Source of the DNA: an uncultured Pseudomonadota bacterium
GTDB taxonomy: Bacteria; Pseudomonadota; Gammaproteobacteria; Burkholderiales; Rhodocyclaceae
Length of the DNA: 36,523 bases
Direction: 5' to 3'
Assembly (NCBI GenBank): GCA_903939665.1
Contig: CAJAHZ010000314.1
Location: forward strand, 1 to 36,523
Each line of letters opens with the position of its first letter. The stretch's first letter is position 1. The notes beneath the pieces were generated by a model that saw only the letters and a list, made by a program, of their open reading frames with translations, searched no databases and was not told where the DNA came from. A program made the position numbers and the translations under genes. Positions 27,768-36,110 of the stretch are shown piece by piece.

Positions 27768-28562
27768 TCACGAACCAATCAGCCCGCTGGTCGGCGAAGA
27801 AGGATCGGCTGAATAGAACTTGCGCGGCATGCGGCCCGCAAGGAAAGCTTCGCGCCCGGCCTCGACCGCCTTTTGCATGGCACTGGCCATCAGTACCGGA
27901 TCTTGCGCGTGAGCAATGGCCGTATTCATCAGCACGCCGTCGCAACCGAGCTCCATCGCAATCGCCGCGTCGGACGCTGTTCCGACACCGGCATCGACAA
28001 GCACCGGCACCTTGGCGTTGTCGATGATCAGGCGCAGGTTCCACGGGTTGACAATACCCATGCCGGAGCCGATCAGCGAGGCCAGCGGCATGATCGCGAC
28101 ACAGCCGATTTCTTCAAGCATCTTCGCCTGGATCGGATCGTCGGCGCAGTAAACCATCACCTCGAAACCTTCCCTGACCAGCGTTTCTGCGGCCTTCAGG
28201 GTTTCCGGCATATTCGGGAAGAGATTCTTCGGATCGCCCAGCACTTCGAGTTTGCACAGTGCATGCCCGTCGAGCAACTCACGCGCCAGACGCAGGGTGC
28301 GCACTGCGTCATCGGCCGTATAACAACCGGCGGTGTTGGGCAAAATGGTAAATTGCGCTGGCGGCAGCACGTCGAGCAAATTGGGCTCGCCAGCGTTCTG
28401 CCCGATATTGGTGCGGCGGATCGCAACGGTAACGATCTCCGCCCCGGAAGCATCGATCGCCGCGCGCGTCTGCGCAAAATCCTTGTACTTGCCGGTACCG
28501 ACCAGCAAACGGGAGCGGTAAGTCTTACCGGCGACGGTCAGGCAGTGCGCTTGTGCGTCCAT
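27768..28562 (-). CDS. thiG: Thiazole synthase
   Basis: [32 protein letters not shown]-like [13 protein letters not shown]. The ATG at 28562 is preferred over the longer ORF-track start. Confidence 0.9.
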   Translation of the reverse strand: MDAQAHCLTVAGKTYRSRLLVGTGKYKDFAQTRAAIDASGAEIVTVAIRRTNIGQNAGEPNLLDVLPPAQFTILPNTAGCYTADDAVRTLRLARELLDGHALCKLEVLGDPKNLFPNMPETLKAAETLVREGFEVMVYCADDPIQAKMLEEIGCVAIMPLASLIGSGMGIVNPWNLRLIIDNAKVPVLVDAGVGTASDAAIAMELGCDGVLMNTAIAHAQDPVLMASAMQKAVEAGREAFLAGRMPRKFYSADPSSPTSGLIGS

Positions 28563-28602
28563 AAATCTTTCGCTTTGAAAATGCGGAACCGGCTTGCCGG
28601 AA

Positions 28603-28812
28603 TCAGCCACCACCAACGGCGACCACGATCTCGATGCGGTCACCGCTGGCCAGAAAAACCTCGCTGTGCCGCCCACGCGGAACGATCTCGCCGTTGCGCT
28701 CAACCGCAATACGCTTACCGGCATAGCCAAGCATATCGACGAGCGCCGCGACAGTCAGCGGATCACGCAGTGCAGAAAATTGGCGGGCGTCGCCATTGAT
28801 GAACAGTTCCAT
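28603..28812 (-). CDS. thiS: Thiamine-biosynthesis sulfur carrier protein ThiS
   Basis: 69 aa, starts MELFINGD, ends VGGG-stop (C-terminal Gly-Gly). Directly upstream of thiG. Confidence 0.85.
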   Translation of the reverse strand: MELFINGDARQFSALRDPLTVAALVDMLGYAGKRIAVERNGEIVPRGRHSEVFLASGDRIEIVVAVGGG

Positions 28813-28943
28813 TGAGCGGACGATTTTATCACGCCGACGCGCCGTGCTCGCGCCGCTATAATCCGCTTTTCCTCCTCGGATTCAGGAACTTTCATGCCTT
28901 TGCCCAAACTGCCCGCGCCGGCCAACTGCCGGAGGCAAATGAC

Positions 28944-29192
28944 ATGAGCGGCTTCGAGAATTACAGCAACGAACTCGCTGAAATCGACCGCGAGATCATG
29001 CACTACGCTGCCCTATGCGGCATCGATCTCGCCGACCAAGCCGCGATTCACGCCTGCATCAATGCGCCGCACGCATCGGCGCCTGAGGAAAAAGCGCCGG
29101 CAACACTGCGCGGGCTGCTCATCCTGCGCATCAAGATCGAGACCGAGATGATCGAGCAAGGGATGACGCCGGGAGAACTGAAAGGCTGGTAA
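28944..29192 (+). CDS. Small hypothetical protein (82 aa), no recognisable domain
   Basis: ATG preceded by GGAGG at the correct spacing, a coding-like composition, and a strong terminator downstream. No family recognised. Confidence 0.45.
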   Translation: MSGFENYSNELAEIDREIMHYAALCGIDLADQAAIHACINAPHASAPEEKAPATLRGLLILRIKIETEMIEQGMTPGELKGW

Positions 29193-29209
29193 CGGTCGGC
29201 ATGGTCAGC

Positions 29210-29257
29210 AAAAAGCCGAAGGCTGGAATCTACAGGATTTCCGGCCTTCGGCTTTTT
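29210..29257. terminator. Bidirectional rho-independent terminator (small ORF / tRNA-Gly)
   Basis: aaaaagccgaaggc ... gccttcggcttttt: 14-nt arms including the A and T runs, with an inner imperfect extension. Confidence 0.75.
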
Positions 29258-29263
29258 GCATTA

Positions 29264-29337
29264 TGGAGCGGGCGATGGGAATCGAACCCACGGCTCTAGC
29301 TTGGGAAGCTAGGGTATTACCATTATACGACGCCCGC
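29264..29337 (-). tRNA. tRNA-Gly (anticodon CCC), CCA encoded
   Basis: The reverse complement reads GCGGGCGTCGTATAATGGTAATACCCTAGCTTCCCAAGCTAGAGCCGTGGGTTCGATTCCCATCGCCCGCTCCA. It has a 7-bp acceptor stem, a GTTCGATTC T-arm and an anticodon loop TTCCCAA. Confidence 0.92.
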
Positions 29338-29356
29338 AAAGGTGTCTGAGGCAGCC

Positions 29357-29385
29357 ATTCTAAGCGCTACGCGCCGCCTGTTCAA
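29357..29385 (-). promoter_or_regulatory. Candidate sigma70 promoter for tRNA-Gly
   Basis: On the minus strand: TTGAAC, 17 nt, TAGAAT. The -10 element ends about 20 nt before the tRNA 5' end. Confidence 0.5.
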
Positions 29386-29405
29386 TCGTTGTCGCGCAAG
29401 CCTGG

Positions 29406-29987
29406 TCAATCGGCCAACAATTGCCGATAGCGGCCGCCGTGAAAAATCAGCGGAGAAGCCGCCTCCCCCTGCGCAAAACGCTCGACACGGCCAATAAAAA
29501 TCAGATGGTCACCGCCCGGGTACTGCATCTCATTGACGCACTCGAAGCTGGCGCAACAGCCTTCGATCAACGGCAGGCCGCGCGAACCGGGGCGTAGCGC
29601 AAGACTGGCAAAACGATCGCCACTGCGCACGGCAAAGCGATCCGAAATTTCCTGCTGGTCAACCGCCAGCACATTCACCGCATAGTGCGTCGCGCTGCGA
29701 AACGCTTCGAGGCTTGGCGAGTCGACCGACAAGCTCCACAGGATCAGGGGCGGATTGAGCGATACGGAGTTGAACGAACTGATCGTCAGCCCGATCGGCT
29801 CACCGCCCGGGGTCAGCGCGGTCAGCACGGTAACGCCGGTGGCAAAACTGCCGAGCGTGCTGCGAAAAGCGCGGCAATCAAAATTTTTCGCCGCCAGCAC
29901 ACGCCCTGTATCGCAGGTGTCGCAGGGCAAATCGGCCAGATTCGCCGGCGTTTCCGGGCAGTTGGAGGAGGAAATCGGCAGTGGCAT
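29406..29987 (-). CDS. Flavin reductase-like (FMN-binding split-barrel) protein
   Basis: FR..LG.FATGVTV.T and ..SF.SVSL.PPL.L.S motifs. The start is uncertain (ATG at 29987 without a clear SD, or GTG at 29900). ORF-track starts further upstream would overlap purT. Confidence 0.7.
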   Translation of the reverse strand: MPLPISSSNCPETPANLADLPCDTCDTGRVLAAKNFDCRAFRSTLGSFATGVTVLTALTPGGEPIGLTISSFNSVSLNPPLILWSLSVDSPSLEAFRSATHYAVNVLAVDQQEISDRFAVRSGDRFASLALRPGSRGLPLIEGCCASFECVNEMQYPGGDHLIFIGRVERFAQGEAASPLIFHGGRYRQLLAD

Positions 29988-30067
29988 CGGGGAGTCTGTC
30001 CGGGGAAATTGGGTAGAAACAGGCGTGCTAAGATTCGCGCTCTGCAGAGAAGCTGAGGAGTTCAACG

Positions 30068-31306
30068 ATGCCAGAATCAACCATCGGCCCGCGTCAAAAC
30101 CCCATCGAAAAAATCGGCACGCCATTGAGCCCGACGGCAACACGCGTCATGCTGCTCGGCGCCGGCGAACTGGGCAAGGAGGTAATTATCGCCTTGCAGC
30201 GCCTTGGTGTCGAGACGATCGCCGTCGACCGCTATGCCGACGCACCGGGCATGCAGGTCGCGCACCGCGCGCACGTCGTGACAATGACCGACGGCCCGGC
30301 GTTGCGCGCCATCATCGAGCGCGAACGGCCGCACCTGGTGGTGCCGGAGATTGAGGCGATCGCCACCGACCTGCTGCTCGAAATCGAACGCGAAGGCATC
30401 GCCGAAGTCATCCCCACGGCACGCGCCGCCCGCCTGACGATGAACCGCGAAGGCATCCGCCGTCTGGTGGCCGAAGAACTCGGCCTGCCGACCTCGCCTT
30501 ACGCCTTTGCCGACACACAGGCCGGGCTGCAGACGGCAATCGACGATGGCATCGGCTACCCGTGCCTGGTCAAGCCGACCATGTCGTCGTCCGGTAAGGG
30601 GCAGTCGCTGCTGCGCGGCCCGAGCGATGTAAGCAAGGCCTGGGACTACGCGATGGAAGGCGGTCGCGTAGCGCAAAGCCGCGTCATTGTTGAGGGCTTC
30701 ATTGATTTCGACTATGAAATTACGCTGCTCACAGTGCGCGCTATCGGCGTCAGCGGTGCAGTGGAAACCAGCTTCTGCGAGCCGATCGGCCATCTCCAGG
30801 TCGACGGCGACTACGTCGAATCATGGCAACCGCAGGCGATGAGCACGACCGCCCGCAAGCGCTCACAGGAAATTGCCAAGGCAGTCACCGACAGCCTCGG
30901 CGGACGCGGCATTTTCGGCGTCGAACTGTTTATCAAGGGCGACCAGGTGTGGTTCTCCGAAGTCAGCCCGCGACCGCACGACACGGGGCTGGTGACTCTC
31001 GCCACGCAACGCTTTTCCGAATTCGAACTGCACGCACGCGCCATTCTCGGCCTGCCGGTCGACGTCTCGCTACGCGCACCGGGCGCTTCGGCGGTCATCT
31101 ACGGCGGTATCGACGCCCGCGGAATTGCTTTCGAAGGTGTTGCCGAAGCGCTCGCCGTGCCGCAAACCGACCTGCGACTGTTCGGCAAGCCCGAAAGCTT
31201 CAGGAAGCGCCGCATGGGCGTTGCCGTCGCCAACGGGAACGATAGCGAAGAAGCACGCAGCCGCGCAAAACTGGCGGCCAGCAAGGTCAAACCCGTAGCC
31301 GCATGA
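30068..31306 (+). CDS. purT: Formate-dependent phosphoribosylglycinamide formyltransferase (GAR transformylase 2)
   Basis: [22 protein letters not shown] matches the PurT N-terminus. ATP-grasp body; GAGGAG Shine-Dalgarno. Confidence 0.9.
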   Translation: MPESTIGPRQNPIEKIGTPLSPTATRVMLLGAGELGKEVIIALQRLGVETIAVDRYADAPGMQVAHRAHVVTMTDGPALRAIIERERPHLVVPEIEAIATDLLLEIEREGIAEVIPTARAARLTMNREGIRRLVAEELGLPTSPYAFADTQAGLQTAIDDGIGYPCLVKPTMSSSGKGQSLLRGPSDVSKAWDYAMEGGRVAQSRVIVEGFIDFDYEITLLTVRAIGVSGAVETSFCEPIGHLQVDGDYVESWQPQAMSTTARKRSQEIAKAVTDSLGGRGIFGVELFIKGDQVWFSEVSPRPHDTGLVTLATQRFSEFELHARAILGLPVDVSLRAPGASAVIYGGIDARGIAFEGVAEALAVPQTDLRLFGKPESFRKRRMGVAVANGNDSEEARSRAKLAASKVKPVAA

Positions 31307-32409
31307 GGCCTGGCCCCGCCAGCGACCGGCCAAGCTTTTCCGGTCGCCTGATTGACTGGCAGCGCCAGCACGGTCGCCACGACCTGCCCTGGCAAAAGAC
31401 GCAGGACGCTTACCGCATCTGGCTCTCTGAAATCATGCTGCAGCAAACGCAGGTGAACTCGGTCATTCCGTATTACGCACGCTTTCTCGAACGCTTTCCG
31501 GACATCGCGCAACTGGCTGCCGCGCCCGTCGAGGCGGTGCTCGAACGGTGGGCCGGCCTCGGCTACTACGCGCGGGCGCGCAACCTGCATCGTTGCGCGC
31601 AGATTGTAGTCGCCGAACACGGCGGTCGCTTTCCGCAGGACGCCAAAGCAATCGCCGAACTGCCGGGCATCGGCCGCTCGACGGCGGCGGCCATCAGCGC
31701 ATTTGCCTATGGCCAAAGCGCGGCGATCCTCGACGGCAACGTCAAGCGCGTTCTGACGCGCTGCTTCGGTATCGAGGGGTTTCCCGGCACGGCAAAAACC
31801 GAGAAGGCGCTGTGGGCACTCGCCGAATCGCTACTCCCGAAACAGCAGAGCGAAGCCTACACGCAAGGCCTGATGGACCTCGGCGCGACGCGCTGCACAC
31901 GCAGCAAGCCATTTTGCAGCGCCTGCCCGATGCACGAAATCTGCATTGCGCGGCACACCGGTCGGCAGGCCGAACTGCCGACGGGCAAAGAAAAAAAACC
32001 TGTTCCCGAGCGCGCAAGCGCTGTCCTGCTGCTCACCGACGGCCAGCGTGTCCTGCTTGAACGCCGCCCGCCAAGCGGCATCTGGGGGGGGCTGCTGGCG
32101 CTGCCCGAAGTCGAAGCGAGCGCTGCCGAAACCTTTGCGCTGCGCCACGGCTGCCGTCTGCTCGACACGTGGTCGATGACGCCGCTCAAACACAGCTTCA
32201 CGCATTTCCGGCTGACCATTCATGCGCTGTATGGCAGCGTCGAAGCGGCGGCGCGATGTGCGACAGCGCCCGGCTGGGAGTGGCTCGATCTGCAGGAGGT
32301 GGAGAACGCGGCCTTGCCAACGCCGATCAGGAAGCTTCTTCGCCTGGCGGCAAAGCGCGACTGCACTGATCGCCCCGAAAAAAAGCAGGCACGTCAGCGC
32401 ACCGGCTGA
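31303..32409 (+). CDS. mutY: A/G-specific adenine DNA glycosylase
   Basis: LPWQ....[15 protein letters not shown], a helix-hairpin-helix [12 protein letters not shown], a Cys cluster C..C..CP....C, and a NUDIX-like C-terminal domain. Its ATG overlaps the purT stop. Confidence 0.9.
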   Translation: MRPGPASDRPSFSGRLIDWQRQHGRHDLPWQKTQDAYRIWLSEIMLQQTQVNSVIPYYARFLERFPDIAQLAAAPVEAVLERWAGLGYYARARNLHRCAQIVVAEHGGRFPQDAKAIAELPGIGRSTAAAISAFAYGQSAAILDGNVKRVLTRCFGIEGFPGTAKTEKALWALAESLLPKQQSEAYTQGLMDLGATRCTRSKPFCSACPMHEICIARHTGRQAELPTGKEKKPVPERASAVLLLTDGQRVLLERRPPSGIWGGLLALPEVEASAAETFALRHGCRLLDTWSMTPLKHSFTHFRLTIHALYGSVEAAARCATAPGWEWLDLQEVENAALPTPIRKLLRLAAKRDCTDRPEKKQARQRTG

Positions 32410-32741
32410 TCAGCGCTTTTCGGGCAACTGCAGCCCTTTTCAAAATCACTGATCGGTGGCGCCTCTCGCATCAAGGCCTCCACATACAAGGCTTCAAGGT
32501 CGGCGCTGCAGCGCTCCAGCAGGAAGTTGCCGACCAGCATCTCGACCAGCAGCACAAGCAGCGTTGCCGCGCAGGGGCTCGCTTGCGTTACACCGCCCAG
32601 ATCGGCATGCACCGGCGTCGACCGGGTTCGCCAATGCGTCCTCACCCGTTGCAGAATGGCACGCGAAACTTCGCAGTTGAAATCGCCGCTCACCGAGAAG
32701 CGCAGGTGATGGTCCTCGCCCAGTTCGATGTGCAGGCCCAT
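32394..32741 (-). CDS. Small STAS-like (anti-sigma-antagonist / MlaB-like fold) protein, tentative
   Basis: 115 aa. Its ATG shares one base with the GGDEF gene's TGA (TGATG). The pattern L.FSVSGDF.......L........V.ADLGGVT......A.LLVLLVE resembles STAS domains. Its 3' end overlaps the convergent mutY by 16 nt. Confidence 0.45.
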   Translation of the reverse strand: MGLHIELGEDHHLRFSVSGDFNCEVSRAILQRVRTHWRTRSTPVHADLGGVTQASPCAATLLVLLVEMLVGNFLLERCSADLEALYVEALMREAPPISDFEKGCSCPKSADQPVR

Positions 32742-33685
32742 CAATCCGCCCCCTTCGCGACAGCCGTGCCACCGAGCATCTGATCAATGGCAAGGCCTTC
32801 CAGCGCGGCGCCTTTTTTTACCTCGCCGAAGTGCGCGCAGGTGCTGCGGCCCGATGCCTTGGCGTAGAACATGGCGATATCGGCGTGTTTCAACAAAGTA
32901 TTCAGGTCGGTGCCATCGCCGGGGAAAGAAGCAATGCCGATGCTGACGCCGACCAAAAACTCCTCGCCGTCGACCTTGAACGGCTCGGCAAACGCGGTAA
33001 TGATCGCCTCGCCGACGCGACCGCTGTCTTCCGGTTTCTTGAGCCCTTCGACGATGACCGTAAACTCGTCGCCGCCCAGCCGGGCCACCGAATCCTCATC
33101 GCGCACCAGCGAGCGCAAACGTGCCGCGACCTCGACCAGCACATTGTCTCCGACACTATGGCCGCGGCTGTCGTTGATCGCCTTGAAGCGGTCGACATCG
33201 AGAAACAGCAACGCCAGATTTGTTTGCTCACGCTGCGAACGCAGCAAGGCCTGCGAGAGCCGATCCATGAACAGGCCGCGGTTGGGCAAGCCGGTCAGCA
33301 CATCGTGATTGGCGAGATATTCGAAACGGGCAGCAGCAAGCAAACGCTCGGTCACATCCCGTCCGGTTGATACAAAATGGGTGATCTCGCCCTTGTGGTC
33401 GCGGATCGGCGTGATTGTTTTTTCTTCGTGAAAGAGGTCGCCGTTCTTGCGCCTGTTGGTAATCACGCCACGAAACACCTCGCCGCTGGTGACTGTTTTC
33501 CAGAGCGCCGTAAAGAACTCGAGGGGATGCGCACCGGACTTAAGGAGCGCGGGCGTGCGGCCAACAGCTTCAGAAGCCAGATAGCCGGTCGCCTGTTCAA
33601 AAGCCGGATTGACGTACTGAATGACACCAGCCGCCGTGACGATCAGCACGGCGTCGGCGGTCTGCGTCACCGCCTGAACCAGCAT
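32741..33685 (-). CDS. PAS-GGDEF diguanylate cyclase
   Basis: PAS (DAVLIVTAAGVIQYVNPAFEQATGY) followed by GGDEF with an intact RLGGDEF active site. The ORF-track start at 33811 is TTG and its first 42 codons contain a stable hairpin, so ATG at 33685 is preferred. Confidence 0.8.
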   Translation of the reverse strand: MLVQAVTQTADAVLIVTAAGVIQYVNPAFEQATGYLASEAVGRTPALLKSGAHPLEFFTALWKTVTSGEVFRGVITNRRKNGDLFHEEKTITPIRDHKGEITHFVSTGRDVTERLLAAARFEYLANHDVLTGLPNRGLFMDRLSQALLRSQREQTNLALLFLDVDRFKAINDSRGHSVGDNVLVEVAARLRSLVRDEDSVARLGGDEFTVIVEGLKKPEDSGRVGEAIITAFAEPFKVDGEEFLVGVSIGIASFPGDGTDLNTLLKHADIAMFYAKASGRSTCAHFGEVKKGAALEGLAIDQMLGGTAVAKGAD

Positions 33686-33964
33686 GCGACCGTCCGCCAA
33701 TTCGCTGTCAGCAAGCGCGCTGGAAAGGGAACTCACAAGTTGACCGCAGCAAACAAATGCTGCGCAAGGGCGCGGCTGAACAACATGCAATGCTCCGTCG
33801 AAAATTGGCAACTCCGCTTCAGGCGGAGAATCGACGAGGCAGGTTCAGGGCCTCAAACCGGTAAAGTGCAAAGCGCCACTTCACCGCTATTTACCATCGA
33901 GCTGCCATGCTAAATGAAGCCCCAATCATTTCACAATAAGCCAAAGGTAATAGGTCGCAAAAAA

Positions 33965-33987
33965 CAACCTACAAATCAGCAACCTAC
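33965..33987. repeat. Direct repeat CAACCTAC-N7-CAACCTAC in the AT-richer intergenic region
   Basis: Read directly: 33965..33972 and 33980..33987, period 15 nt. It lies 26 nt downstream of the ANTAR gene's stop and about 280 nt upstream of the GGDEF ATG. Confidence 0.5.
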
Positions 33988-34012
33988 GGCAACACGCTCC
34001 GATAAAACGGTG

Positions 34013-34672
34013 TCAACTTTCTGCAGATCCGTTTGTGGAATGATTCAGCGCCTCCTGTGCTGCGACAATTTCCTGCGCCAGTTCGGTCAGTTTGCGCCGC
34101 TGGCTGCGTGCCGTGCCGCGCAACAGGTCGAACGCTTCGGTGCGACCGATTTCGTGCTGGACCATCGTGACGCCAACCGCGACATCGGTATCCCGATCGC
34201 TGTCGAGCGCGGTTTGCAGTTGTTCGCGAATCTTCCTCAACTCACCCAGTTCGGCCGCACACGCCAGCGCGGCTTCGATGGCCGGCAACAGCCGCACCAC
34301 GTCTACCGGCTTCACCAGATAGGCCAGCGCACCCGCTGCGGTGGCCTGCTCAACGGTTGGCGCATCGCTGTAAGCGCTGAGCATGACAAAAGGAATGCAG
34401 CCCAGTTCACGCAAGCGCGGGACCAGATCCAGTCCGCTGCGCTCAGGCATCACCACATCAATAATCGCGATATCGGGCCGCGGCCCGCCAGCCAGCAGCC
34501 TTTCGGCTTCGTCTACGGAAGCGGCGCAGAGCATGATGCAGCCAGCGCCAGCCAAACCATTACCCAGTGACTCGAGCACCAAGGAATCATCATCGACGAG
34601 GAGGACCGTACGTGGCGGCCTACTCGCGGTGCCGAATACGGGGGCAATATAACCTTTTTGATTTCCGCTCAT
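34013..34672 (-). CDS. Response regulator with REC and ANTAR (RNA-binding antiterminator) domains (AmiR/NasT/EutV class)
   Basis: REC (VLLVDDD, IIDVVMP, LVKP) plus a C-terminal ANTAR-like helical region (VAVGVTMVQHEIGRTEAFDLLRGTARSQRRKLTELAQEIV). The ATG at 34672 has a GGGGGAA Shine-Dalgarno. Confidence 0.8.
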   Translation of the reverse strand: MSGNQKGYIAPVFGTASRPPRTVLLVDDDSLVLESLGNGLAGAGCIMLCAASVDEAERLLAGGPRPDIAIIDVVMPERSGLDLVPRLRELGCIPFVMLSAYSDAPTVEQATAAGALAYLVKPVDVVRLLPAIEAALACAAELGELRKIREQLQTALDSDRDTDVAVGVTMVQHEIGRTEAFDLLRGTARSQRRKLTELAQEIVAAQEALNHSTNGSAES

Positions 34673-34827
34673 TGATTCCCCCTGTTGCGCAAAAATGCAG
34701 CCCTGAACGCAAAGGGAGAAAAGGCAAGTGGTGTTTTCTTGTATGACCTGAGCAAAAGCATGTCCTCGAAATTTATTGCTCGGGGTCGAGGAGCGGTGCA
34801 TGGTCACCTGAAAAGATGCCTGCGGTA

Positions 34828-34857
34828 TTTATATCATGGCTTGTTGCGAAATGTCTA
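34828..34857 (-). promoter_or_regulatory. Candidate sigma70 promoter for the ANTAR regulator gene
   Basis: On the minus strand: TAGACA, 18 nt, TATAAA, in a 210-nt AT-richer gap. It would give a leader of about 150 nt containing the 7-bp hairpin tcctcga...tcgagga. Confidence 0.3.
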
Positions 34858-34882
34858 TGCGGATATTTCCCTAGCGGTGGAT

Positions 34883-36094
34883 TTACCGAGGCTCACGCTC
34901 CGCACCGTCAATCCGGTCAATCGCCCAGCGCCCGCAGCCTACGCCGATCGCCAGGGTGACAAATCCGGCGGCCCAGCCGGCATGACTGGCCCTGCCAAAA
35001 GCATCAAGCGCCACGCCGAAAACCACCGGCCCGACGAAGCCGCCGGCAAAGCCGATTGTCGAATAAAGGGCCAGCGCGGTGCCACGCTTTTCCGGCGGCG
35101 TTTCGGTGAGCAGGCCGGCGGTCAGCGCGGCCGAATCGAGGTTCATGCTGGCCGCGTAAACGAGAAGCAACGGCACCAGCAGGCTGGCCGGGGCGCCGCC
35201 CGAAAAGGCGACGAGCAGCGCCAAACCGCCCGATAGCAACATCACCCGCTTCAGCCAGCGGGTGCGCCCCCAGCGGTGCGCGCCTTCGTTGCCGAGAATG
35301 CTGGCCGGCACGGCAAGAAAAGTGGCCAACGCGGCAATCAGGCCGGGCATCGCCGTCCAGGCATCCGGCGTACTGGCTTGGGTCCACGCGAGATAGGCAA
35401 CCAGCCAGCTGCGGAAGCCGAAGAGCTCCCAGTTATGCCCGAAATAGGCGCCGCAAAACGAGAGAATGCGCCGGTCGCTCAGGACACTGCGCCAGCGATC
35501 ATGCGCAACATGGCGCACTGGTGGCGCCTCGCCGCCTGCCACAGCGAAGCGGACGAGCAGAACGGCCAGCACCGCGCAGACGGCAGCAACAGCGAACAGC
35601 GCCGGCCACGCGAGCAATGGCTGGGTCAGTTCAAGCCAGAGATACGAGAGGCCGGCCCCCACCCCGAACGAGGCCGTATAGAAAGCCGTGCCACGCGACT
35701 GCGCCGCCACCGGCAGACGGTCGGTCAGTGCCTTCAGGCCGGGCATGTAGGTGCCAGCCAGACCGAGTCCGGCCAGCCACCACCAGCCGAGGGCCGATGC
35801 AAAGTCGCGTGCGAACAGGGCAAAACCGGCCAGCGCGAAGCCACTCAGGGCGGCGCTGGCAAGATAGACACGCCGCGCATCGAGCCGATCGGTGAGGCTG
35901 ACGAGCAAGGGGACAGCCAGGATGTAGCCCAGAAAAAAAATGCCGCTCAACCAGCCGCCGGCCGTCGCCGACAGGCCCCACTGCGCGGTCAATTCAGGCA
36001 GCAGCGAAGGCACCAGCGCGAAGCCGGCCATGGTCAGCGTTTCGGCCGCGCAGAAAACAGCGACCAGCGCCAGCGGAGAACGCGCCGATGCCAT
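34883..36094 (-). CDS. MFS transporter (12-TM type), substrate unknown
   Basis: Hydrophobic throughout, with MFS-like loop motifs (SLTDRLDARR). The ATG at 36094 lies 16 nt after the upstream stop. Confidence 0.75.
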   Translation of the reverse strand: MASARSPLALVAVFCAAETLTMAGFALVPSLLPELTAQWGLSATAGGWLSGIFFLGYILAVPLLVSLTDRLDARRVYLASAALSGFALAGFALFARDFASALGWWWLAGLGLAGTYMPGLKALTDRLPVAAQSRGTAFYTASFGVGAGLSYLWLELTQPLLAWPALFAVAAVCAVLAVLLVRFAVAGGEAPPVRHVAHDRWRSVLSDRRILSFCGAYFGHNWELFGFRSWLVAYLAWTQASTPDAWTAMPGLIAALATFLAVPASILGNEGAHRWGRTRWLKRVMLLSGGLALLVAFSGGAPASLLVPLLLVYAASMNLDSAALTAGLLTETPPEKRGTALALYSTIGFAGGFVGPVVFGVALDAFGRASHAGWAAGFVTLAIGVGCGRWAIDRIDGAEREPR

Positions 36095-36110
36095 CAAGCC
36101 GGCTCGTGGG

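Noticed and set aside
28813-29003. Possible TPP riboswitch upstream of thiS, and an 82-aa minus-strand ORF (28755..29003)
   Set aside because: No THI-box core sequences are present by eye. The minus-strand ORF overlaps the thiS start in another frame and has no supporting signals.
29264-29405. tRNA-Gly as a possible genomic-island integration site
   Set aside because: There is no integrase, no direct repeat of the tRNA 3' end and no compositional shift on either side. The flanking genes (small ORF/thiS and flavin reductase/purT) look like core genes.
32394-32409. 16-nt convergent overlap of the 3' ends of mutY and the STAS-like ORF as a possible antisense regulatory feature
   Set aside because: Short convergent overlaps are common in compact genomes. 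The overlap also depends on the uncertain small ORF, and no independent structure was seen.
33745-33828. Canonical ANTAR dual-hairpin/terminator target in the leader before the GGDEF gene
   Set aside because: Only one hexaloop hairpin is present, and its loop lacks the conserved A at position 1. There is no adjacent second hexaloop hairpin and no U-tract terminator. The hypothesis is kept in the findings, but the canonical motif itself is not claimed.
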